64,000 bases of DNA, taken from Octopus vulgaris (lineage: Eukaryota). The notes below the pieces were generated by a model, which saw only the letters and a program-made list of their open reading frames with translations, made no database searches and was not told the DNA's origin. The stretch is taken from NCBI GenBank assembly GCA_951406725.2, contig OX597815.1, positions 57,288,001 through 57,352,000 of the forward strand, read 5' to 3'. Shown piece by piece: positions 24,382 through 38,159 of this stretch (positions are counted from its first letter, which is position 1; every line of letters starts with the position of its first letter). The position numbers and the translations under genes were made by a program.

Positions 24382-27300
24382 AGGCCCGCACTGAATAACA
24401 ACATGGATGTACTAAACTGGGCTCTCCATTCAAAAACAAATCTAATCCAATAACATTGATGGAATTAGATAAAGGAACCTGAGGGAAACTTGAAGGAAGC
24501 GACCTTTTAACGAAGACACTAAGAAAAAAACGAAATTTTACTGCCATGCAAAGTACAGTTTCTCCTACGCACGGTGTCTCAATGAAACATGTGCGAAACA
24601 CACACGCGATATCAACACCGGAAAGTTTACATAGAATAAAATAGAAACGGACCAGAATAAAAAAAAAACAGTGAGTACATAAATTGAGTAATTACACATA
24701 CACTCGAAAGTCTGTACAATCATATATACATTTTGCTACCCATAGGACTACACATACATCCCAAAGTTGAACACATTAAGTGAAATTTACAGGACACACA
24801 CTCACGCACATGAAAACACGTGTCACAAACCAAAATCAAAACTTTCTTTGTTTTTCTTCTTATTTTGTTCTCATATTTTTGAACTACCACAGACAGAGTG
24901 AACCTTTCATAAGGGTAAAAAACATCACACAAAAAAAAAAAACTATGACCGGAGGTAAAGCTATCAACAAAAATAAATAAATAAATACAGACGAATACAG
25001 ATCTGCTAGCCTTAAGAAATTATGCTACGAACGATGTTTACATGCAGAAGTGGTGTCATCGCAAAAACTTAACCCTAAACTGACAGATCTTTTTGTTTTC
25101 TTCTTATTTTACTATCATTTTTTCAAACTAACACAGACAGAGTGAACCCTTCATAAGTTTAAACCCCCCCCCCAAAAAAAAAAAACTATGTCCAGAGGTA
25201 AATCTATCAACAAAAGAAATACAGACAAATACAGATCTGCTAGCCTTAAGAAATTACGCTATGAACGATGTTTACATGCAGAAGCGGTGTCGTCGCAAAA
25301 ACTTAGCCCTAAACTGACAGATCTGACTCCTAATGTAAGAGCCAAAGCTCGTCATGCCTCAATGTCAACAAAAATTACAAACCACAATGGTCATCGATCG
25401 GTTTACAAAAGACCATAAACCAGAATATTGAACCAAATTCTGATTGAAAAATCAGCTACTGGTTCAAATCTTCCTGACACACAGGAGCTGGACTTACCCC
25501 ACAACCGGAATATTCTAACAGATGGCCATCCATGCCCGTCACCAAATAACCAAAAGAAAAAGAATGAGAAATGGTCTAGGGAAGATAATAAGGAAGTTCT
25601 TATGGCCTTCTACCATGCCATATATTTCCCCACAGATAAATCTAACACTGTACAAACATACATAAACTGGAGACAGAAACCCTGAAGTAAGACCCTACAT
25701 AGACAGTAACAAACTTGCCAACGTCAGAAGAAACATTATAAAAAAAAAAAATTACTGACTGAAGTAGAGATTGACCAAATCAAACAAGCAGTAACAGATA
25801 AAAACAACGAAGCTGCAGCTAAAGAAGATAATACAGAGGAAATAATTATAGACCAGCCCAGGGCTGATAAAAATGCAGTAAGGATTGAAAGAGTTAGTAT
25901 AACTGATAGGCAAAGTGAAATACTCACTGAACCAATCATAAACACTAAGACAGATGAACATCAAATAGAAGAAGAAAGTCACACAAATATTGGCCCAGCT
26001 GAACTACATGAGCTAAAGAATCAAATCATGATTGAATGGCTGAAAATTAAAGAAACCAGTATGGATGAACGCGATACACTCCCAAGAATCCGCAACTCTA
26101 ACCAAAACATGAAAATAATTGGTAAAATCCGCCTTGCACTTAAGGATATAATTTCAGCTAATGATGTTAATATCACAGATCTCAACCACCTGTACTATGC
26201 ATCTGCGAAAATCTCAACGATTCTATGTGGTGAAAAGATTAGAAAATGGTAACATTCCCACAAAAAGCCTTCTTGGCAAGAGTGTATCCAACATCAAATT
26301 AAACTACTTAGGTCTGACATTGAATATTTGAAAAACCTTAAGGTTGACAAGACTACCAAACCTACAAAAACCCCAAAATTAAAGAAAAAATATAATATGA
26401 AAACTATACTTGATATTGCTGCCACCATAGAAACCATCAAGCAAAAGGCATCTGCTAAAGCTGCCCGCATAGCAAGGTATGAAAAGCGTGTTAGATTCTT
26501 CAAGGACAACAACATGTTCAAAAATAACCCCAAAACTTATTACAGGAAGATAGGGAAAACACCAGTTACTGTAAAGTCTGTACCATCAAAAGAAGAAGTG
26601 CAGGGTTTTGGGAATAAAATTTGGGCACAAGAAAAAACACACAACGAAAAGGCCCCTTGAATAGCTACGGACTTGCACTCCTTAGAGGAGCAAAAGTGAA
26701 AGGGTGTCAAGGTAGAAGATTTAAGATCTGCTCTCAGGAGGTCAAGCAAATGGAAGTCTCCGGGAAAGGATAAAATTCCTAACTTCTGGTTGAATGATTC
26801 CCAGAGAGCCATGAACTGCTAACAGAACTTTACAATGATGTTTTGCAACACCCTAGTAGGATGCCTGCTTGGCTAGTTAATGGTTTAACATTCCTGCTCC
26901 CAAAAAGTGAAGAAACAAATGAACCAAAAAACTATTGACGCATAACCTGCTTAACAACTATGTATAAAACGCTAACATCTGTCCTGACGGAATATACCTA
27001 TAGTTTTTTAATAGACAGCAGCATATTCCCTAATGAACAGAAAGGATGTAAACGTGGATCCTATGGTTGTAAAGATCAGCTACTCATCAATAAGATGATC
27101 TTAGAAGATTGTCACAAACGACACAAAATCTTATCAATAGCCTGGATTGACTATAAAAAGGCTTTTGATAGCTTACCACATAGCTGGATTAAGAAATGCC
27201 TGGAAATGTATAAAATAGCGCCTACTCTACGAAACTTTTTGTCTGTAAGTATGAGATCATGGAGAACCACACTAACTTTGAACAGTGACGATGAATCTCT

Positions 27301-29199
27301 AAATGCTGGTGATGTAAAAATTTCATGTGGCATTTTCCAGGGCGACTCACTATCACCACTCCTCTTTTCTTTAGCCTTAATACCTCTCTCAAAATTGCTC
27401 AATGATGCACTGTATGGATATAAAATGTTGGATAAAAATATAAATCATCTCATTTACATGGATGATTTAAAGCTCTTTGCAAAAAATGACCAACAACTCA
27501 AGGGCTTACTAATGATTGTTAAACAATTCAGTGATGACATCAGAATGCAATTTGGCCTCGATAAATGTGCAAAAGCTACCTTTATCAAAGGAAAAATGAC
27601 AGAAACATTTAACATTTACCTCGACCAGCAGAATGTCATAAAAGAGTTAGACCCAGCGGAGAGCTACAAGTATCTAGGGGTAATTGAAGGGGACGGAATA
27701 AGGCATTCAGTGATGAAGGAAAGGAACGGGAAAGATTGTTATCGCAGAGTAAGAGCAATACTCAAGACAGAGCTAAATGGGAGAAACAGGATCGAAGCGA
27801 TCAATGCTCTAGCCATACCAGTCGTGACTTACAGTTTTAATATCGTTAACTGGTCAATTACTGAAATATGTAATCTTGACAGAAAAATACAAAAACTGTT
27901 GACAGTGCGTAGAATGCACCAGCCTAAGGCAGATATAGAACGACTTTATCTGCCAAGAAAAGAGAGAGGCCGTAGACTTTTACAACTGGCAGTAACAATG
28001 AAGATTGCTACAATTGGCCTAGACACCTACCTGAAAAACTCTGGGGACTGGATGTTAAAACTTGTGTCAAAACATGAAAACAAGAAAGCATCATACTCAG
28101 TAACAAAACAGGCAAAGGAATATCTAAGTGAATTCCGAACACAACAAATTTCGGAATTAGACATACAAGAAACAAGCACGGAAAAAGCTAAGCACATGAA
28201 AACCCATGCTAAAACTGCTGCCTTAGATATTCTGAATGATAAATGGCAAGAAAAACCTCTCAATGGCAAATACCCATGGAGAGCGAATAATGCAGATGTT
28301 GACAAAGCCCTGACCCATCAATGGCTAATGGCCTCTGGCTTAAAATCTCAAACAGAAGGGTTTATCATAGCAGCTCAAGATCAATGCCTACCTACAAGGA
28401 ACTACCAGGCCAACATATTAAAGAACGGCAGTAACCCAACATGTCATGTATGTCAACAACAAAATGAAACCATTGATCATGTTGTCTCCATGTGCAGTCT
28501 TCTTGCGCCTACAGAGTATCTTAACAGGCATGATAGAGCTGCACAATATATCCATTGGGTAATTTGCAAAAGCCTGGACTTGCCCCATGATAAAAACTGG
28601 TGGGAACACAAACCGCCTCCAGTGCTTGAAAATGACCACATCTCACTCCTCTGGAACTTCACCATTCAAACTGACAGAAAGATATATGTGAATAGGCCAA
28701 ACATCTTAGTAAAAGACTTCAGACAAAAAACATGTCTCCTCATTGATATGACTGTCCCAATCGATATAAACGTATCTGTCAAGACCTACCAGAAACTGAG
28801 CAAATATGAAGATCTGGAAATAGAAATCAGCAAAATGTAGAACCTGAAGACTAAAACAATACCTGTTGTCATAGGTGCCCTGGGAATGATAGCAAAAGGG
28901 GCTGATTGCTACTTAACTCAGATACCAGGAAACCCAAAAATGGCAGAAATTCAAAAGATAGTGCTCGTGGGAACTGCTCATATCCTACGCAAAATACTTT
29001 CTATGTAATCTCAAGTTTTAAAACAAACATAACTTTCGTATGGTTTTTTTAGGCATTCACTAGTACAACACTAAATACAAAACCAAATATATGGCACCCT
29101 AGGCATAACATCAACACGAACTTCCAACTTGTTGTCTCTTGAGGTCTCTGGGTGAGACTTGGAGCCAGCTTGTGCAAATGAAAAGCAAAAGTCAAACAG
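24382..29199 (+). mobile_element. Near full-length R4/Dong-like RLE non-LTR retrotransposon inserted in (AAT)n
   Basis: RT motifs (WIDYKKAFD, GIFQGDSLSP, YMDD), CHVC...H...C knuckle, RHD and RP..L.D nuclease region in ORF 26960-28840; upstream ORF pieces broken by stops and frameshifts; (AAT)n on both flanks. Confidence 0.92.
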
Positions 29200-29289
29200 A
29201 ATAATAATAATAATAATAATAATAGTAATAATAACAATGATGATGATAATAATAATAATAATAATAATAATAATGTGCACACCCTTGGA

Positions 29290-30360
29290 GTTAAAAGTGA
29301 AAGAAAAACATGGTGGGAATAAAGACTTGAAAATCAAATTGAATAGCTCAAAAGAGATCTTGGATGTAAAAATGCAATCGTAGAAAAGAAAAAGGTGAAG
29401 TAGAGACACATGGGAACACAACATAAAACAGAAAAGCCTGCATGCAGTTAAAGAAGAACTTAAGCAAAAAAATAATAAATCAAAGTAGGTAAAAAGTAAC
29501 TGACACTAAAAGAGAGCAAATCAGTATCAACAGAATAAAGAAATGATTAGTGTAAAAGAGCATGAAAGAAATGATATGCAGAAGCTGAAGCAGTAAGAAA
29601 ATTCTGCTTGGAAATCTGGAGCAAGGAAGTCCAACATAATTTAAAAAAGCAGATTGGTTATGGGAATTTAAAAGAGGAATGGAAGATGGAACAATGCTAG
29701 AGAATATAACAATCAGTTATAAGAAAATAAAAGAGATGATTAAGAAAATACGAAACTGGAAAGCCTCCCAACCAGATAGTATCCGGGGTCTGTGGTTCAA
29801 AAACCTCCTGGGTATACACAGCTATATATGAGTGTTTAATTGACTGCATAGAAAATGGAACACCAACATGGATGATAAAAGGAAGGATAGTGCTGATAGA
29901 GAATGACAAAGAAAAGAGAGAGGAAGAATTTAGCTGTTGGATAGATAGATTATTGGAAGGCCTACAACAGTGTCTCACACAGCTGGTCCTTGAAATCTCT
30001 GAGAATGCACAGAGTCAATGAGAAGATAAACAACTTTCTGGAGAAGGCAATGAGAGAATGGGAAGTACAACTGACATGTGCAAATGAATCACTAGGTAAT
30101 GTGGAAATGTGTAGGGGCATTTTCTAAGGAGACTTGCTCTCTCTGTAACACTTCATCATTGTATTAATCCCTCTGACAAATATACTGAAAAAAATCCCTA
30201 CACGTCTATCAAAACAAAAATTAGAATAAAGCACCTACTTTATATGGATGACCTCGAGATATATACAAAAAATGAGACGGACCTGAATTCTTTGATCAAA
30301 GCAATGAGAACAGAACACAAGAATGCAGTACATTGATTCATAAACAGAAGTATTGTCTCG
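29290..30360 (+). mobile_element. Highly decayed RLE-type LINE fragment
   Basis: GIF*GDLLS and HLLYMDDL remnants at about 30110-30260. Confidence 0.6.
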
Positions 30361-30706
30361 CTAATGACTTAGAAGCCTTAATATTATAGAATCACTTGCT
30401 ACATGACAATCAGAGTGTGGAGGGCAAAAGTAAAACTTGAAACACACCAAAGTTGATAAAGTGTGGGTTAGAAAGAGCTCCATCAGCATATGATGTAATG
30501 GTGCCATTGGATAGGAAGTCATTAATCTAAGGTAGAAGATATGGTGGAGCCCATTGGATGACAAATTTGGTACAAATAGTATGAATTGTGACCAAAAAAA
30601 CCTGTGTAACTTTATACATAATGATGACGAAGATCAGCTCCTTTTAACAATTTTATTTTGTAATAACATTTTTAACAAGTGTGTTTTCATTTACTGTTAA
30701 CTTTAG

Positions 30707-30806
30707 ACATCGTATTCAGCAAACATTTCGTGACTCCAAAAATCTTTTCCGTGAAGGACGTGAACGAACTTCAAAAGCTTTAGGCTTTGCCAAAATGTTG
30801 AGAAAT
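30707..30806 (+). CDS. MAP3K4: MAP3K4 internal exon (HRIQQTFR...RERTSKALGFAKMLRN)
   Basis: tttAG/GTaagt, 100 nt, phase 2 to 0; resembles MEKK4 ARERASKALGFAKMLRK. Confidence 0.95.
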
Positions 30807-30964
30807 GTAAGTACTTTCATTATTTACATTTGACAGATATTTGTCCTCATCTTGTTTGTTGTTAACACATTTCAGTTGATATACCATCCAGCTTTCATCA
30901 GGTGTCTTGGGGAAATTTCGAACCTGGGTTCTCATTCCTAGGGTATTTTTCAATGTTATTATTA

Positions 30965-33900
30965 TTAAGTTGTCAAGAAAGTTCTTGCGGTTTTTAACTT
31001 TTAAATTCAGATGCACATATCTCGACTCAAACAAAACTTTATTAATCGAAATAAACACCATCAGAATCAACACACTTTTGCCAACATGAAACAAGTTTAT
31101 TTATGCCAGTAGCATAAAAATCCTGTGTTCTGGTGGCAATGAAGTTGTTGAAGGCGTGTTTGGCATTGTCTTGGTTTTTGAAGCATTTCTCACGCAAGAA
31201 GTTGTCGAGATGCTTGAAAAAGTGGTAGTTGGTAGGCAAGAGGTCTGGTGAGTATGGCGGAGGAGGCAGAGTTTCGTAGTCCAATTTGTTCAACGTCTGC
31301 AGGGTCAGTTGTGCGACATGTAGCCAAGCATTGTCGTGGAGAAAATTGATCCTTTTCTACTGACCAATGCTAGCTGTTGTTGTCGGAATTTCTTATACAT
31401 TTCATCCATTTGCTGACAGTACTTCACTGTAATGGTTTCACCTGGATCCAAAAAGCTGTGATGGATGAGACCGGCCGCAGATCACCAAACAGTCACCATG
31501 ACCTTCTGGTGCAATTTTGGCTTCGGAAAGTACCGTGGAGCTTCATCAGCATCCAACCACTGAGTTGAGCGTCACTGTTGTCATAAAGAATCTACTTTTC
31601 GTTGCAAGTCATAATCCTGTCGTAAAAGAAGGGAAGACGACACTTCAAAATGGCATTTTTTTCTGTTGTCGTTCCAGTCAGCACAGTCCCAGCAACTACA
31701 ACAGTCTTGCCAACAATAGGGCAGATGTATCCGGTACAACAAGCATAATAACAGCAAATATCCAGGGTCTTTATCCGAAAACAAAACAGTGTAAAGTCCC
31801 TTTCTTGGAAGAATTAGCAACAGAAAACAACTCCAAAATAATTGGAATTACTGAAAGTCATCTCAACGAAAACATCCGCAACAGCGAAATCACAATCAAT
31901 AGATTCAACATCTTCAGATGTGATAGACAAGGCAGATCCCATGGGGGCGTTATCATGTATATCCATGATACCTATGCATGCATAGAACTTGTCAATGAAT
32001 CAAATGCCTACTGCAACCTGCTGTGCATAAAAATCATCCAACTTAATACAGTTGTAACAATAATGTACAGACCGCCAAACAGCCCAACATTATCCTTCAC
32101 TGAGCCACTGACGAAGCTCCAACAAATTCTGGGAAACATGGCAAGTCCAATGCCAGACATTATCCTCCTTGGTGACTTCAACTTCCCTAACATCATCTGG
32201 CCACATGGACACATACTAAAACTGGGGACAAAAGCTGAACAAATACAGGCAGCCAAACTGTTGGAAGTCACAGAGAAATTATACCTCAAACAAATGATGA
32301 CAGAAGCAACAAGAAATAATAATACGATCGACTTGGTTTTCACCAACAACGAGGACACGCTATTTGACCTTCACTCAACCCCAACAATCCTTTCAGACCA
32401 CAATATTATTGAAATGCATTTACACATTGGTAATGAGCCCAATGCCACAACTCTTAAACAAAAGGACATGCCAAAGCTATGCAGGTATGATTATCACCAG
32501 GCAAATTGGGAAACTATTAACAACCAGTTACAAATCATTGACTGGGATCTCTACCTTACTGGGCCAGATAAACACAAGAAATTCTTAAACAAGATCGAAG
32601 AAATATGTGAAAAAAATGTTCCTCTAAAGAAAACCAAGTCCACAAAAAAACCTGTACCATGGGAGCGAAAGATCCTGATGCGCAAAAGGTCAAGACTAAG
32701 AAACAAAACATCTAAGCTGACTTCAAAACATGAATTACAGAAAGTCCTTGACCAAATATACAGATTAGAAGACAATCTAAAACAACACTATGATGAAGAA
32801 CGTAACAATGCAGAAAAGAGAGCCATAGAAAACATCAAGAAAAATCCAAAATGTTTCTACAGTTTTGCAAAGAAATACTCGAACACCAAGTCAACAATAG
32901 GACCTCTCCAGAGACAAAATGGGGATGTAGTGAATAACCCTATTGAAATGGCAGAAATGTTGGGTCAACAGTATGAAAGTGTCTTCAGTGAGCCATCTAA
33001 AACCATGAAGATCCATGACCCAGGAAAATTCTTCAAGGATATCGACCATACTAAACCTACCCTATCCGACATTGATTTCAACCCAGAAGACATAGCAAGA
33101 GCCATAGACAAGCTCTCCATGCACTCGGCTGCGGGGCCTGACGGTTTCAATGCCATGATACTTAAAAACTGCAAGGTACAATTGTCGAAACCCCTTTACA
33201 TGATATGGAGGGAATCTATGGAGAATGGCAAAATACCAAATACATATAAAGAAGCACACATAACTCCAATACATAAAGGGGACAGCAAATCAAAACCAAA
33301 GAACTACCGACCAATCTCACTGACATCACACATTATCAAGGTCTTCGAAAGAATAGTTTGTGGAAAACTGGTTGAGTTCCTGGAATCCAACAATCTGATG
33401 AATTGCAACCAGCATGGATTCAGGTTAGGTAGATCATGCCTTTCCCAACTACTGGCACACCATGACCAAATCCTAGAAAATCTAGAGAATGGATACAACA
33501 CAGATGTTATCTACCTCAACTTTGCCAAGGCATTTGACAAGGTAGATCATGGCATCCTGGGTCACAAACTTCGAAAGCTAGGAGTAGGAGGAAAAGTTGG
33601 TACATGGATACATGAGTTCCTTACAAATAGAACTCAAACAGTCACTGTGAATGGAACCCATTCAACACCATCACCTGTGACCAGCAGTGTTCCTCAGGGT
33701 ACAGTACTCGGCCCAATCCTGTTTCTCATCCTCATCTCTGACATAGATGAAGATACAACCAGCAACATCTCATCCTTTGCTGATGACACCAGGGTCATGA
33801 GACAAATCAAAGACGAGGTGGATACAGAGGCCTTACAAAAGGACCTGACCACCATATATAAATGGCAGGAAACAAACAACATGTTGTTCAATGATAAGAA

Positions 33901-35296
33901 GTTTGAACTAATTCGCTACGGAACAGATCAAGATCTGAAAAATACAACAAACTACAGAAACCCATCAGGACAACAAATAATGGAAAAACAGTATGTGAAA
34001 GATTTAGGCATCCACATGGGAACCAACCTAAAATTCAGAGAACACCTTGACTCAGTCTGTCTTACTGCAAGAAAGTACAGCGGGTGGATCTTGCGCACCT
34101 TCAAATCAAGAGATACCTCAACAATGAAAACCCTCTGGAACAGTATGATACTTCCGAGGATTGACTACTGTTCTCAGTTGTGGTCACCAACAACAAAGGG
34201 CCAACTATCTAAGATAGAATCGCTCCAAAGAAATTTTACCTCATACTTCTCAGAAACGAGGGACCTGGACTATTGGCAAAGACTCAAAACCTTGAGGATG
34301 TACTCAATAGAAAGAAGATTTGAGCGATACCGAATTATATACATTTGGAAAATGATAGAGCAGAAGGTGCCAAACTTTGGTATCAAAACCTACCACTCAC
34401 TGCGCCACGGAAGACGCTGCCAGCTGCCACCAATCAACAAAAAGGCTGGCCAGACAGCAAAAACCCTGCGAGAATCAAGTCTGTTGGTTCGAGGAGCACA
34501 ACTGTTCAACTCCATTCCAGTACATGTCAGAAATCTATCAGGATGCAGTGTGGAATCATTCAAATTGCAACTGGATAGATACTTAAGCACCATTAGAGAT
34601 GAACCCCATCTCCCAGGATATACACAACGAGCACAAACTGACTCAAACTCGCTCCTACACATGTCAAAATTAAGCAGAGAATACAACCTGGCAACCACAC
34701 CAGACTCTGAGGGTGGAGTCTTTGACTTGGCCTGAGCATGGACTCAAACCCAAATGAAATGAAAAATGAAATGAAATGAATTCATGTGGCACCCATTTCC
34801 CGAGTATTTTTGTTTTCCCACTGTCATTTAAGTGGTTGGAAATTGTCATATGCATTACATCTAATTCAGAAGCAAGCTCTTAAACAGTTGTGCGTGAATT
34901 GGCTTCCACTAAGGCTCTTAGCGGAGTGTTGTCAACATCCAATGGCTGGCCACTACACTTATCATCATCAAGACTCTCGTCACCGCTACGAAATTTCTTG
35001 AACCACTAGTGGTTCCTGGGCCAAACACATCATTGATATCGCGAGCTGTTTCAGCAGCTTTGCGGCCTAGCTTGAACTGGAATAAGTAAATTGTGTGAAT
35101 TTGCTTTTTGTCCATTTTGTATTCAACATTCCGGAAAAAATGGTCTAATTATTCAAAAAGAAAAAGAATAACACGGTTAGAAAAACGGGCTTTAAACTGA
35201 TGTATAAAGTCAAAGTAATTTAACGAAAATTAATTTGAAAATACATAATTTAAAACCTAAATTAAAAATTCTGCAAGAACTTTCTTGACAACCTAA
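30965..35296 (-). mobile_element. Mariner (Hsmar1/SETMAR-like) transposon, decayed and interrupted by a LINE
   Basis: 26-bp TIRs TTA(A/G)GTTGTCAAGAAAGTTCTTGC(G/A)G with TA on the left; transposase pieces MDKKQI...AAETARDIN, WVPHE and PPYSPDL. Confidence 0.92.
31675..34778 (+). mobile_element. 5'-truncated CR1-group LINE with an uninterrupted ORF2 (APE endonuclease + RT)
   Basis: ANIQG, TESH, GDFN and SDH (APE); YRPISLTS, QHGF, PQG and FADD (RT); stop at 34735; (AAATG)n tail; no TSD. Confidence 0.93.
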
Positions 35297-35297
35297 A

Positions 35298-35340
<43 letters not shown>

Positions 35341-37170
35341 TCAGTGCCTGGAATCGAACTCGGAATCTTGGCGTTAGTAGCCCGCACTCTTAACCACTAC
35401 GCCATATGTGGGCATATGGCGTAATGGTTAATATAAAGTTTAAAAGCTCCATCATATACTTCAGTGTATAGAAAATTTGTTAGATTAAATGTCTATTTTT
35501 CTGAGATGAGTTGATAAATTATAATTTTTTTGATTATAATAAACTCATCTTTAGAAATGAAAAACAAAATAAAATTAACCTTATTTTGATTGGTTTCATT
35601 TCTTAGGTATTGTACTCTCAAATGTGTGCATAGTACCAATCTAGGTTAAAAATCAAAATCTTTATTTTAAATGAAAGCTGATTATGTTCTTATCCACTGG
35701 ATGACTGATGCATGTATGATTAATGTCCCATTTTTGGGTTGTTAATATTTATTTTTCAACAGAACAGGCATGTTTTGCTGATGTCCGCATTGAACTTACT
35801 GATTGTGCTATCAGTATGTAGTATGTGCTATTTGTGCTCTTCATCACCATCATGTTGCCCTTGCTGGCATGGGTTTGATGGTTTAACCAGAGCTGGCAAG
35901 CTGCACCAGACTCCAGTTTGATTTGGTATGGTTTCTTCAGCTGGATGCCCATCCTAATGCCAGCTACTTTAAAGAGTGTACTGGATGCTTTTACGTGAAA
36001 CCACATGAGCACTTTTATGCATTATTTTTTTACATCTGCCACAGAAAGCCCTACTTGACATGGGGTAGGTGGGGCTTTCTGTGGCAGTTTTATAGCTAAC
36101 TGCCCTTCCTGATGCCAACCCTTTATAGCCATGTTAGAAAGTACAGGGATGTGTCATACCCTGTTCTAAAAACCAGGATACTTACAGTAATGTGCACTAT
36201 ATATGCTACTACTTGTATATTTCTAAGCTTCCCCCGTGGTTCATAGTCAGTTATGGAAATTTTATTCCAAAATGGTATAAGGTTCTTTTTCTTACACCCT
36301 ATATCTTCTGTCATTCTTTACTTTGATGTTTCACCTATCATTATTACTTTACAATAATCCTCATTCCTGCTCTTTATATTCTTTCCAATTTTTCTTTTAA
36401 AGATCTGTAAATGCATGAGATGTTATAGATGCAGTTCATATGCTCTAAACAGACTTGAGTAGGTTTACCTTTGGTGAAGTATCTGTGCAGTATGGTGTTA
36501 AATTTGAACACAGTTTTGCTGTTGTATATGTGTTTATTCTCTGAATTTTCTCAGACAAATCCTTGTAGTAACATACAGTTTCAGAGTAGATTGGTTGAGT
36601 ATTTATTATTTACTTCATAGTAATTGTGAACCCTATATGATGGGCTTGGCATTTGTTAGGTGATTCATGATATATATGACTAAATGACCCACCTTTCTAC
36701 TAATTCTCATCTTTTCACTTTTGAGATTAGCAGCTCAAGTAATTTTTTTCCCCTCAAACACCTACCTTATAGAACTCTCTTTTTTGTTACTTTCCTGATA
36801 GATATGATCTTAATTCTTTTAAACATTGCATTGATCATTTTCTAGAATTTAGGACAGCTCATTTGATTTTTGCTGGGTGGAGGTGCTTGTCTCCACTTTA
36901 AAAACATAAGGACACAGGAAATGTGTCAAGTCCAACAGGAAATGGTATTTCCTAGGGCTAAATAACAGTAGCATTCTTCCCTTTCATGGGACTATCACAT
37001 TAAGTTGACAACATACTATTGCTTTATCGTGCTGCTACTGCATATATCTCTCTGAGAGATTTAGAAATGTATTATTTCTAAACTAAACTATACCTCTAAC
37101 ATATTAACATATTGTCTAAACTACTTCTATTCTTAAAAGCCTATAATTGTTTTACTGGTTGATTTTACAG

Positions 37171-37254
37171 GACCTTGAATTAGCTGCTTCATACAAAATG
37201 AATGTTTCCAAAGTAGAGATTATATCAAAATTGGAAGAAATGAAGCATGTATTG
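37171..37254 (+). CDS. MAP3K4: MAP3K4 internal exon (DLELAASY...KHVL)
   Basis: acAG/GTaagt, 84 nt, phase 0; resembles MEKK4 DLEIAAEF. Confidence 0.92.
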
Positions 37255-37673
37255 GTAAGTATGATTTTAAAATGTATGAGAGTCATTTGAGAAAGTCAGA
37301 AGTATTAAATATTCAATTGTGCTTTTAGTGAAAAGGATTTAAGCTTTAAACTGTAAACCAAATCATATCTTGTTATCTTACTGTTAGATCCTATTAGATG
37401 TTTGCAAATAATTTGTAAGAAAATTTATTTTGATAATACAAAGGTTCCAAGAGAGAGTTTATAACAGTCATATGTTTTTATTTGGATGCTGTTGATGGAT
37501 TGACAATGCCTACTCTGCAGCCAATTATTTCACATGAATAACTATTAAAATAATGATTGACAATCAGTAATTTCTTAAGGAAACTGTAACTTTACATGAG
37601 TATCACACTTATCTTTTAATATATGCCTCACCATGTTATTGCTTAAATTTTAACTTGATTGTTTGTCTTCCAG

Positions 37674-37940
37674 GTGAGTGTTCCTCTCAGTTTAAGCTAC
37701 CTGATATTTATTCCAGAAAGAATTCTGAAGAACCAGAAGCTAATTTTACAACTTCTGAATGTAACATGTGGTAAAGAGGATTGTTATTCACATACTGATC
37801 CTACACATGATCAAGATATCAACAGAGGCTACTTGTTAATGCTGCAATGTGATAATGATGTGAACAAACAGTCGTGGAAAGGATCCACAGTACATGTAGA
37901 TGCTACTGCACAAACAGCAATTGCTTTGTCTCATATTGCT
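37674..37940 (+). CDS. MAP3K4: MAP3K4 internal exon (VSVP...ILQLLNVTCGKED...SHIA)
   Basis: ccAG/GTaagt, 267 nt, phase 0; resembles MEKK4 ILQLLNAAAGKD. Confidence 0.92.
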
Positions 37941-38159
37941 GTAAGTCTCTAAATATTCACTATTAAAATAAAATTTCTTAATAAAGCATGAATAAAATAA
38001 AAAATTTTGTTATCTTTACTAAAGTTTTTAGCACAAAGACTGATTACATTTGTTAATAATTTATTTCCTTTAGTATAAACTACAGAGTATATTTGTTCAT
38101 TTTTTACTCTTAAAATTCATTCAATATGTAACTGTTGTTAGAAATATTTTGTAATATTG

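Larger units (their letters stand above)
30815..35412 (-). mobile_element. tRNA-headed SINE split by a mariner insertion (head 35297-35412, tail 30815-30964)
   Basis: The head on - reads TGGCGTAGTGGTTAAG...GTTCGATTCC (A and B boxes), then (AAT)n. ATT repeats continue on the other side of the mariner. Joining the two halves is an inference. Confidence 0.6.

Noticed and set aside
31517-31674. N-terminal extension of the 1072-aa ORF as a mariner-LINE fusion protein
   Set aside because: It is antisense mariner sequence that is open by chance, with no ATG; the LINE begins at 31675.
35340-35410. Genuine tRNA gene
   Set aside because: A and B boxes are present, but the acceptor and anticodon stems pair poorly and the sequence runs into (AAT)n, so it is a SINE head.
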